Both the position numbers and the translations under genes were made by a program. The notes under the pieces were generated by a model. It searched no databases, had not been told where the DNA came from, and was given only the letters and a program-made list of their open reading frames with translations. From assembly GCA_964187785.1 (NCBI GenBank), contig OZ076413.1:42968001-43032000 (forward strand): a stretch of DNA of 64,000 bases, read 5' to 3'. Shown piece by piece: positions 1 to 9,839 of the stretch; position 1 is the first letter of the stretch, and each line of letters starts with the position of its first letter. The DNA is from Amphiscolops sp. MND2022 (Eukaryota).

Positions 1-277
1 TTTCGACTACTCATGCACTCGTACTTTTTTCTCCTGACTTTTCTCCTGAACGTAAATTACTCAAAAACTGTCCATACGATTCGAGCAAATTTTTTACAAT
101 CATTCTGCACCATATTAGGGTCCTATATGTGTAATGACATCAAAATCGTATGACTGGGATCTGAGAAACAGCTAAAAATTTAGTCCGAAAATGGCCAAAT
201 GACAAAGTACGTGATTTGTTTGTCAATGTTTTAATTTTTCGACTCCTTCACCATTTACCACACATGCGGCTCTGGTT
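1..277 (+). mobile_element. HINE/DINE-1-like non-autonomous Helentron, family C (5' end cut off by the window edge)
   Basis: Starts with the family's internal IR (tttcgactac). Ends with subTIR CGACTCCT, a degenerate hairpin and CTCTGGTT. Homologous to 5861-6432 and 62279-62743. Confidence 0.65.
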
Positions 278-589
278 AATTAATCGATGAAAATGTGCCT
301 GAAGTGAAAAGAGCCAAAAATTTTTGAACTATTTGCGATTAAATTTTGAACGTTTTCGTTGGCATAAATATATTGGCTACGCTCCAGCTGCAAAGTTGCT
401 TAAATAATTTCTCTGTGATCAGCCGGATGCTTTTTTCAAAAAAATCTCATTCGACGTTTTGCTTTTAATCATTTCGCAGTGCTTACTTTTCCCATTCCTC
501 GAAATTTGTTTTGCCAATCTTGGTTTGGCAATTATCCCAAAATCCATTGCTTTGATATCAAAGTGTGGTTTGCAGCTGCTGCGTTTTAG

Positions 590-779
590 CTTTGTGAGAG
601 GTGTCGTAAACCTCGTCGGTGCTCGAAGGGGTTCAAAATCCAGAGACTGCCAGACGTGCTCATCATCCAAATCAAACGGTTTTCTATAGACTTCAGAACC
701 AAGATAGACACCCCTGTTGTAGCCCCTCTCAAGAACCTGTGTCTGGTCGAATACATGACCGAGTTCCAGAAGAGATTAG
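590..779 (+). CDS. Ubiquitin-specific protease (peptidase C19), internal exon
   Basis: ttttag acceptor, then LCERCRKPRRCSKGFKIQRLPDVLIIQIKRFSIDFRTKIDTPVVAPLKNLCLVEYMTEFQKRL, matching the USP CxxC..K..I.rLP.vLii.lKRF motif. The phase-1 donor G|gttaga joins 5143 in frame. Not in the ORF track. Confidence 0.88.
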
Positions 780-1029
780 GTTAGACCTACGACATGTGCC
801 TTTTTCGGAAAAACCAAGAAATTGCATGCAGGAAAAATTCATTGTTTTTCGATTGAAACGATGACAGAAATAAGTTCATTGAAAATCTATATGCTAGATT
901 TGGTTCTCTGGACAAGGTCTAGAAGAGCACTAGTGCTCATATCTCGTCCTCTTGGATGTACTTGTTACGGAAAGCATTGACGTTTCGTGATATTCTATAA
1001 TACTTTTGCGTAATCTTTCTATACATGTA

Positions 1030-1702
1030 CAGTGGTGTGAAGAAAGAATGCGACTTAGTTGCTCAGAATGCAAAGAATTCTCTAATCTGATTGGTTCACA
1101 ACGCCTCGCTGCTCAAATATTGGTTTAACGAGCCTCGATCGCTCGCAAAAATCAGTATTTTCAATATTTTGCCGTCTTTCCGGGATAATTTTTACATGAA
1201 AATTATACCAGAAAATTTCTCTGATTTTTCTCAATCCCATGATAGTTTTTGTTTGTGGAAATCACCAAATAAAAAACGAAAATGGGAGCACTTTTTCGTT
1301 CAGTAAAACTGGAAATACATGTATTAAGATGGGAATTTGAGATTTAGACTTGGTAAAACTCCCACCAATATACATTTTCCAAATATATCCAAAATCAAAT
1401 TTCATCTTCGTTTTCGAGAGATTCGAGTGTATCTGCAAGGCAAAATTTATCAAAAAGTATTCATTGGATCACTGATATTTTCTCAAAAATTAGCAATTTT
1501 AATTATTTTCCTCCTAAAATCACATGTTTCTAACTTCGAAAACAATGATGGTTGAAATTTCGAACAAAAACCGTTGTATTCATAGCAAAAATTCAAGAAA
1601 CTTTTTTTGCAAAATTGAACCATTTCGAATAGTTTTGGAGATATGAGACTGCAAAATTAGCCTTTTTGAGCAGCTAAGTCGCATTCTTTCTTCACACCAC
1701 TG
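1030..1702. mobile_element. Tc1/mariner-type MITE, copy 1 (USP intron)
   Basis: TIR CAGTGGTGTGAAGAAAGAATGCGACTTAG, with its reverse complement at the other end. TA on both flanks. Near-identical to 4080-4755. No transposase. Confidence 0.9.
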
Positions 1703-2329
1703 TATAGCATCCGAATAAATAACTTTTCTTTCTTTCAAATGATGAACATTTGATAAAGAATTGGTGTTTCAATCTCATTATGCAGTAATTAATGTCGTGT
1801 CAAAATGCGACGATAGCTCTATGAGTGCAGAAGTGGAGTGGCGTGTCATTGCTCGTCCAGTTGTTGGTTTTGACAAAGGCCTAAAAAGGAACGAAGAAGT
1901 CCTAATCATAAAACCAATATGTTGATTCGTTTTTATTGAGATTTATGCCTGACTTATGCTAATTAAGAGATTTTGATATGTTGCTGGCTGACAATAAATC
2001 TAATAAGTATATTGTCCAAGGTGTGAGTGAAAATATATTGTTCGAACAAGGACTTAGTTTGTACAGTTCTAGCAGTTCTGGACTGTATTTATAAGCATCC
2101 TGAATTTGACCAAACTCCCTGAATTGATTTTTCTACACGGCTGACTAGTAACTAAACCCAAATACTTCCTAACAGTTGGTCAATAAATTGAGTTGAGCTT
2201 AGTGCATTTCGCGTATACGATCGATCATAATAATGAAGTTGTTAATACTTGCAAACATTAAAATTAACATCAAAATAAATTGATCCAAAACACAAATACA
2301 TTCGAACAAAAATAAATATATTGCATTGT

Positions 2330-2470
2330 AGGTCCTAGGACAATACGCCCAAAGACATTACACCCAAAGCGGACATTACGCCCAATAATTTGAAAGATTC
2401 TTGTTTTTATAATTATTGGGGGTAATGTCCGCTTTGGGTGTCATGTCTTGGGCGAAAAGTCCAGACACCG
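2330..2470. mobile_element. Short foldback MITE with GACATTACGCCC subterminal repeats
   Basis: Inverted arrays of ggacattacgccc / ggtaatgtcc. Flanks cattgt/tattgt resemble an imperfect 6-bp TSD. Same termini as 42351-43169. Confidence 0.65.
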
Positions 2471-2484
2471 TATTGTACAAAACT

Positions 2485-3006
2485 AACAAGACGGGAACGT
2501 CCCAAGTCGGCGCCATATCTTAGGCTCAAAAATATTCAAGGAACAACTATTGTAAAAATTTGGAAAAAAAATTTTTCAAAAAAATTATTTTTGAAATTTT
2601 TTTTCGAAAAAAAGTATTTTTTAGTCGCAAAATGCCGAAAAACTCAAAAAAAGGCCATTCAGGCTCATTCAACGTTTTCTACAAACCGAAAATTTCAAAA
2701 AAAATGCAAGGGGGTACCCTTTGATAAATTTCAAAAATTTTCGAAAAAAAGTCGCACAGTGCCGAAAAAAATCCAAAGGGGGGACCCTTTGGGCACGTCC
2801 GGTTGTGTATGTTTCCTTGAAAAAGTAAAAACTGAAAGGGGGACCCTTTGGAGTAAAGTTTGCCTTCTGCGCAGAATTGCAGAATTGTAAGAAAAGTGGA
2901 CCACTCAGAGTGAGATTGTCAACTGAAAAAAACAAAAAAAAAAAAAAAAAAAAACTACTCACTGTAAGAGTCGGGCACTTTTCTCTAGAAAAGCGCCGAC
3001 TAAAAA
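2485..3006 (-). mobile_element. HINE/DINE-1-like element, family A
   Basis: On - it starts TTTTTAGTCGGCGCTTTTCTAGAGAAAAGTGCCCGACT (subTIR plus partial IR) and ends GCGCCGACTTGG-GACGTTCCCGTC-TTGTT (subTIR, stem-loop, TTGTT). Internal AAAGGGTCCCC repeats. Confidence 0.75.
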
Positions 3007-3819
3007 TACAACTCATTTATTGTCAGTATATTTACATCCCTGTATATAACCAGCTTTGACAGTGATTTTTAGTTCAATAATTATTACCTGTGAGCGACTT
3101 CAATTATTATGACAAAATTGTTAAGTATTTCACTTCAGAAGTCAAAGATGGAACTGGAAATCTTTTATTTATTTTCAAGTTCATAGGAATGATCAGATCA
3201 AATTTGATAAAATTAACTGGTAATTGAATAATGAGTTTTGCGAATCCAAGGTTAGAATCTTCGTTAAAATGCTTATCTGAGTGGTCGTGACAAATGTGTT
3301 ACGTGGTGAGTTAAATCAGAGTTCTTCGCTTCAAGATATCAAAAAAGGCTGTGCAATGGAGTACTTCAAAATGAAAGGCCGAAAGTGTGAAACGTAGTTA
3401 GTATGGCTGACTCGGTACAACGGAGTAAGATTTCCAATACAGATTTCTGACGGCTTTGCCCCCCTACAGGCTGCAGTGTTACTCATAGCAATTGGGCCTT
3501 GCAATATTGGCTTACTTAGTACGGTGGAAAATGAGCTGACATCATGTTGTCTGGAAAAATGCTATTTTGCCCACACAATATTGCTGCAAACGAGCGAAAT
3601 GCGCCGACTAAAATCAACGGGAAACGGCGCCATAGTTTGGTGCTGTAAAAATTCTTGTTCCCATTTCAAGGCATTATTCGACGCGGTTGAATTCCAGTTT
3701 GATTATTTGTGATAGCAGGAATAATATAGAAACTGGAAGGAGGATTTTTTCAGCCAACTCTGTTCGTTATCCGAGTACCTACAGAAAAGGATTGATATTT
3801 TGTTCGGCAGTGAGTATAG

Positions 3820-4830
3820 TGAGTATAAGCATGAGATTTGAATTTTTCAAGCTGCCGATGACTATTCAACACTTAAATTCTCGTGCGATGAAGCGAGCGA
3901 GTGTTAAATATTCATTGGTACGCCGAATTCATTGAGATGAAGCGGATGAGTGTTAATTGTTCGTTCGCCGAGAGCTTTGCCTGCATTTAAATGCGAATGC
4001 GAAACTTCGTATACGCTTAGTAGTACATTTTCTTCAGAGCGATTAATTGTGCGCTATATAATGATTGAACATGAGTGTACAGTGGTGTGAAGAAAGAATG
4101 CGACTTAGTTGCTCAGAATGAAAAGAATTCTCTAATCTGATTGGTTCACAACGCCTCGCTGCTCAAATATCATTGGTTTAATGAGCCTCAATCGCTCGCA
4201 AAAATTAGTATTTTTATTATTTCACCGTTTTTCGGGAATAATTTTTACATGAAAATTATACCAGAAAATTTCTCTGATTTTTCTCAATCCCATGATAGTT
4301 TTTGTTTGTGGAAATCACCAAGAAAACGAAAATGGGAGCACTTTTTCGTTCAGTAAAATTGGAAATACATGTATTAAGATAGGAATTTGAGACTTACACT
4401 TGGTAAAACTCCCACCAATATACATTTTTCAAATTTATCCAAAATCAAATTTCATCTTCGTTTTCGAGAGATTTGAGTGTATCTGCAAGGCAAAATTGAT
4501 CAAAAAAGATTCATTGGATCACTGATATTTTCTCAAAATTTAGCAATTTTAATTATTTTCTTCCCAAAATCACATGTTTCTAACTTCGGAACCAATGATG
4601 GTTGAAATTTCAAACAAAAACCATTGTATTTATAGCAAAAATTCAAGAAACTTTTGTTTTTGCAAAATTGAACCATTTCGAATAGTTTTGGAGATATGAG
4701 ACTGCAAAATTAGCCTTTTTGAGCAGCTAAGTCGCATTCTTTCTTCACACCACTGTATAGTTATTCCAGATAATCTTTTTATTGAACATGAAAGCCTAAA
4801 GCAGAAAAAATACTGTGCCCCGCAACGATC
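3820..4830 (+). repeat. Unclassified interspersed repeat with ~50-bp GATGAAGCGA..GTACGCCGAATTCA units, interrupted by MITE 4080-4755
   Basis: Colinear similarity to 18600-19000 and to 30390-30507 plus 31888-32155. Ends are approximate. Confidence 0.7.
4080..4755. mobile_element. Tc1/mariner-type MITE, copy 2
   Basis: Same TIRs and TA flanks as 1030-1702. A paralogous empty site near 18920 (gagtgtttagttattccag) supports the insertion. Confidence 0.9.
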
Positions 4831-5142
4831 TACTTTCTTCAGTTTGTTTTTCCAGACCATTGTTGAGAGCATTTGTTCATAAATGGGGCTAGGGTCTGAT
4901 TACCAACAAACTTTTTGCTTTAACCGGTTAAAATTTTCTATTCGATTAACAATTAATTGACCGGTTGGTCGATTAATCGGTTAAGTGGTCCACATTCTAC
5001 CTCACTGTATTTCGTTCCGATTCAAGTCAAGTTGATGATTCATGCTTTTTTCGACCTAACCAATCTAAAAAATTTAGTTTGTGTGTTCAGTTCATATAAA
5101 TGTCTCAGTTCGTCAGTATTTTAGACAGTTTATATGTTTCAG

Positions 5143-5413
5143 TGAATCCGCCAGTGTACCGTCTGTCTGCAGTAATAGACCACATGGGGTCCCCTCGGAA
5201 CGGTCACTATGTTGCCAAATGTCTGGTCCCTCCCCCTCCGTCTTCTGCCCTGTCGAAAAGGGCAGTCACTAACTCCTCTAGATCGCCCAACGTCTCTAGG
5301 GCATACCCAGATGACAAGCGACGCAGTCCCAATGTTCGCTCTCCTTCTGGGAACAGAAGTCGCGCTCACTCAGCCCCTAGATCTAAGTCCTGGTGGCTTT
5401 TTGATGACTCGTC
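5143..5413 (+). CDS. Ubiquitin-specific protease, His-box exon
   Basis: tttcag acceptor, then (V)NPPVYRLSAVIDHMGSPRNGHYVAKC...KSWWLFDDS, matching the USP His box (H.G....GHY) and W..FDD. Phase-2 GTAAGT donor at 5414. Confidence 0.9.
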
Positions 5414-5860
5414 GTAAGTTATTTTCACTGTTTGATCTAAACTTTTGCTTTATATTGGATATCTGAACCAGTGTTAGAATATCTTGAAGATGCTTATGTT
5501 CTTTTCAAAAAATAGTCGTGGAATATGAATACGTTCACTCCACAGAACATAGCCTCACCAAAATTGTGTCTTAAATGAAAATGCCGAGAAGTGAAGTTTA
5601 ATAAACAAAGTTGGGTATATCTCAACAAAAATTGGTCCATTGTGAATTTTCGCGGGTAAAGCACTTCGGAATAGACAAAGTACAATATGTAAGATTTTGG
5701 AGTTCCGATAACCCCAGTGCTTAGCTAGTGTTGTTTGGATGAGTCTCATTTTGAAAGTTTTACTATTATATCAATAGAAAATATCGGCTGAAGTTTTTCG
5801 TGCATAAACCGATTTTTTGTGAATTTTTACATCTTATTCCGAGAGGCTGGTATAAATCAA

Positions 5861-6432
5861 TTTTTTAGGAGTCGGAAAAAATTTTCGACTACTTATGCAA
5901 TCGTGCTGTTTTTTTTCTCCCGACCTTTTCATGAAAATTTCAAATTTCTCAAAAACTGTCCATACGATTTTCACGAAATTTTGCACAGCCACTCTACACC
6001 CAAAGGGGCCCCTGCGTGCGCAAAGGCATCAAAATCGTGGCTGGAATGTGAGAAACATAGCTAAAAATAGCCCAAAAACAGCCTTTTTTCGATTTTCTCA
6101 AAAACTGTCCGTACGATTCGAACGAAATTTTCTACAGTCATTCTACATCATAATAGAGTCCTATATGTGCAATGGCATCAAAATCGTTTGGTTGGTATGT
6201 GAGAAACATAGCCTAAATTAACCCAAAAATGGCCAAAAACAGCCATTTTTCGACTTTTTTTGACTTTTGCTAAAACTGTTCATACGATTCGAAGGAAATT
6301 TTTTACAGTTATTTTCTACACCATAGTATGGTCCTATGTGTGCAATTCCAATAAATTGTTATGACTGGGATTGGGGCGAGTCAGAAGAAAAAAACCTAAG
6401 CCGACTCCTTTACCGCATATGCGGCTCTGGTT
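5861..6432 (+). mobile_element. HINE/DINE-1-like element, family C, with both termini
   Basis: 5' TTTTTTAGGAGTCGG..TTCGACTACT. 3' CCGACTCCT, hairpin CCGCATATGCGG, then CTCTGGTT. Three to four internal repeats of ~150-170 bp containing aaaactgtccatacgattc. Confidence 0.75.
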
Positions 6433-6500
6433 TACTCTTGCGGTAAGCGAGTGTTATACGGAAGTGCGGGTGCTTTTTCCCGGTGACAAATCTCCAAACT
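6432..6500 (+). mobile_element. 5' fragment of HINE-like family B
   Basis: TTACTCTTGCGGTAAGCGAGTGTTA..AAGTGCGGGTGCTTTTT matches the 5' end of 27826-29024. Confidence 0.55.
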
Positions 6501-6695
6501 ACTCATTAAGTCGCAAACCAGACACGTGAGATGGAAGAAAACTCTCAATAGCTACAGTTGAGAGTTCTTTATAACAGCTAGTGACATCGAGATGTTAAGT
6601 TATGGATGTTTTGATAAAAACTGTTAAGCATGCCATCTCCCGTTGTTAATGTGCCCTCTCCCGCTCACGTCAGTTGGTATACCGGTTGCTACTGA

Positions 6696-6798
6696 GGACC
6701 ATGTTTCTTATCGCCCCAGGTACACCTTGACCATGTTTCTTAATACTTGGTCAAGGTGTACATGGCGGCCGCTTGGGTGGGGATAACAAACATGGTCC
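6696..6798. mobile_element. 103-bp hairpin MITE with a probable 8-bp TSD
   Basis: TIR GGACCATGTTT / AAACATGGTCC. Inner IR GTACACCTTGACCA / TGGTCAAGGTGTAC. Flanks GCTACTGA / GCTACTTA match at 7 of 8 positions. Confidence 0.6.
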
Positions 6799-7100
6799 GC
6801 TACTTATAAAATAGCTCATTCTTCTGTCACAATCAGTCATCAGTGAGAAGTTATTACCAAACTTTGCGAATCAGTAATTCAAATGGACGGTAATTTAGAA
6901 TGCGCTGTCAACTCCCGTAGTTGTTGATAAGTGAGTCGTTATAAACTGAGTCCTACTACTGTATACGAAAGAAGAGTGTATGTATTCTTTTCGGTATTTT
7001 GAATATTAGCCGGGAATTGGACTGAGTTTGGCAATTTTTTGTTACCCGATGTTTTGTTCAATCTCAAGCATCAATTAACAACTCACTTTTTCTGTTGCAG

Positions 7101-7176
7101 AGTTACTCCCGTGGATGAACGTGACGTGGTATCTCCTTACAACTACATATTGTTTTATGAGAAGGAACGGGATTGA
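7101..7176 (+). CDS. Ubiquitin-specific protease, terminal coding exon
   Basis: ttgcag acceptor. TC|A gives Ser, then VTPVDERDVVSPYNYILFYEKERD*, the canonical USP C-terminal Y-(I/L)-L-F-Y motif. Confidence 0.9.
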
Positions 7177-9225
7177 TCATAGTATAGTGCATTTCAATTT
7201 TTCATTCAGATCATGAACTACCTTAAACGTGCTCATTTGTCAGATCCATCAAATATAAATTGCGAATACTAATTTCAATTCATTCAATTCAGCTTCATCA
7301 CTAGTGCTTTTATGTAAAGTCCAGCTTCCAAAGTTCTTCCAAAATTTGTAAATATGTACTTTTTCGTTTTTTCAATTTTCATAACTGTTTAGTTCAATTT
7401 ATATTTAGTACCAAAGTGCTTTCTGAGCCATAAATACTCGTTTACCCAAGCTAATTTTTTTCAGCAACAAGGTTTCAACCCTCGAATCTCGGGATTATAC
7501 CTGCTAAAGTCTTAGAAACTCACGAATCACGCGTTATTTAAACGAAAACCGAAGCAGCGAATCTCGAGTGAACAAATTCGTAAAGTTGCACTGAGCTAAA
7601 AAAACTTTTCACAATTAGTGAGAATCTCTCCCACAGAGGTCATCTCTTGCTAATGGGGTCACCCTTAAGACTCGGAAATCAGTTTTTTAACAGAAAACCG
7701 AAAATTTTCAAGAATTTCTTGGGTAAGTCGAAAAGGTTCGGAAAGCCATTAGTGGCCCTCTATGCTCACAAAACTTTTTTCCTGCTGAAAATTAAAGGCG
7801 GACTTCGGTTTTAAAAATTCAGGAAAGTCCCATAAGACCGAAAAACCTACCTTTGTAAGCTTGAAAAATTTTGGTTTAGCGCAAGACAAATCCACAAGCA
7901 TGAAAAACTGGTTTAGTGCTCTTGAGACAAAGACATTGCTAATGAAAAGCTGCCTTTTAAGCCCAATGTATAAGAGTAGTTCAGAATCTTTTGTAAACGA
8001 GATCCTAGCTTATTCTCTAGCGGAATGACGCCGAAGAAGGGTTCAATAAGCAAGGAGTTTTAAAGCCACCAAGTTTCATGTGGCAAATCGTTGCTCGTAT
8101 TCCAATTGTTTAACAAACTCCAGTTGAGAAAAAAATCAAAATATTTCACCATGCGTTCAAACTAGTGTTTTCTGAAAAAAAAATGTGTACTGCGTTTTAA
8201 TGCTGATAAATAAATCCATGGAGGAAAGTGAGCTCCCGCCAATGATTGCGAAAACGAATCAAATAAGAATGACAAAAGTACCTTACGAATTAATAAATTA
8301 AATCAGGTAGTAAATCTAACTGCAGATTCCGTGATCGGACACCCAACATTCCTGACTAATGGTCTGTGAAGTTGCTCAGTTCCCTGAATGTCAAGTTGGC
8401 AAAAGTTATTTCCAAGTTTGGTACTTTTGGCTTCTGCTTGTACTTGACAAAAGATTAGAAGGAGCCCGAAAACAAAATTCCTAGTTTTCTTAGTTGAGTT
8501 TGATATCTTGGCTGAATTTCATTTTGGTTTCCGGAAGTCGAGGGATTTTATAGTTTACAAGCATTTCAGGCGAGATGTTGAGAAACTTTTTGCTACAAAT
8601 TTTCGCTTTTGATCTTGAAAACGTTCGATACAAGAAACTGAGGATTTGCCACCTAAGGGAAAATTCTTGCCTTTCCTAGGCCTTGTTTTTGGGTTCGTGA
8701 AGCTTATCTCCCACAGAATAGCTCCAGTTTGCCCTGTGCTTCAGTGGAAATGCTGTGTACCATATGGAGTCATTAATGAGACCCCCTGCTGTTTTTTAGC
8801 GACTGACTGCAGCTTGTCAATGATTGCGTTTTGTTTTCCCCAACGATTAATAAGACCATCAGCAGTACAAGTACCCTGTCAGCCATTCAAGACGATGCTG
8901 ATGCTTTGATGAAAAACAAGAATTGAATTTGACGAGTTAAATGTTGTCCATGTTGAAAAAGTGCCGACGTAAAAATGAAAGATTTCAGATTGATTGTTAA
9001 ATCAAAGCATCTGGGTGTCATTATTGATGCCAAGCTCGCTCAAAAAATGTTTAGCACCACTCAAAATCGAAACTCTGGTTTTGCAATTTTACATTCCAAA
9101 ACCGGCTTCTGTTAACCAAGCCACACATTTCATACACTGCACGTCAAATTTATTGATCAGAATGGGGTATGTTTGCTGTTGTCCCACCTGCGTGTTTTTA
9201 GAACTGATCTATCGATAAAGTTTTA

Positions 9226-9310
9226 AACAAGCCGGGAACGGCATAAGTCGGCGCCATATCTAAGGCTCAAAAATAGCAAAAGGACATGAAAGTGTCAAAA
9301 CTCAAAGTAT
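9226..9310 (-). mobile_element. 3'-end fragment of HINE-like family A
   Basis: aacaagccgggaacggcataagtcggcgccatatctaaggctcaaaa, lying just outside the BEL LTR. Confidence 0.6.
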
Positions 9311-9320
9311 CAAACTTATC

Positions 9321-9716
9321 TGAAATTACTAAAGAATTAGCTGCTCTATAGATCGTTTTGAGAGTCAAAAATAAGGATGATGAATAGTGTATTATTTAAC
9401 TTAAGTTTTTTGCGGCCGTATGTTTTTCAGAACATTCGAATAATATAAATGAAGAATCGAAAAGATCAATATAATATTTGTCAATAATCAAATTAACATA
9501 AAGAGTAGCATCAGAGTGGTAAATATTTGCAAACAATATTTTGTAGCAAGGCCTTTTTCGTATTCGAATATTTTCTAGAATATTCTCAAATTTTTGCGGT
9601 CATCGAATGTTCTAGAATATTCCAATTATAATTTCAAACACGCAAATGAGTGTGTGGAATGAGTGACTTCTATTTGCTTTTAATCTTATTGCTTTCAATC
9701 GTAATGCTTGTCAACA
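9321..9716 (-). repeat. BEL 3' LTR
   Basis: Direct repeat of 18200-18592 with substitutions and small indels. Preceded on - by CCCGGAGGA, typical of a BEL polypurine-tract region. Confidence 0.95.
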
Positions 9717-9839
9717 TCCTCCGGGCTCAAGAAGATGTGGAGAAATGAATTAATCGAAAATTTTTTCCAAAATCATTTTTTTTCATACATGTTACATGAG
9801 ATATAAGATTTTACGGTGAACGAAACAAAATTTTTTAGC

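Noticed and set aside
1091..1555. Short ORFs, duplicated at 4141-4356
   Set aside because: They lie inside the MITE and show no transposase motifs.
2438..3059. K/F-rich ORFs, also at 28380-28960, 45382-45993, 52103-52602, 53273-53781 and 63700-63989
   Set aside because: Chance frames through A/T-run repeats inside HINE-like elements.
5091..5142. Alternative USP acceptor at 5090, or start at ATG 5100
   Set aside because: There is an in-frame TAA at 5097-5099. The acceptor at 5142 matches the upstream exon's phase.
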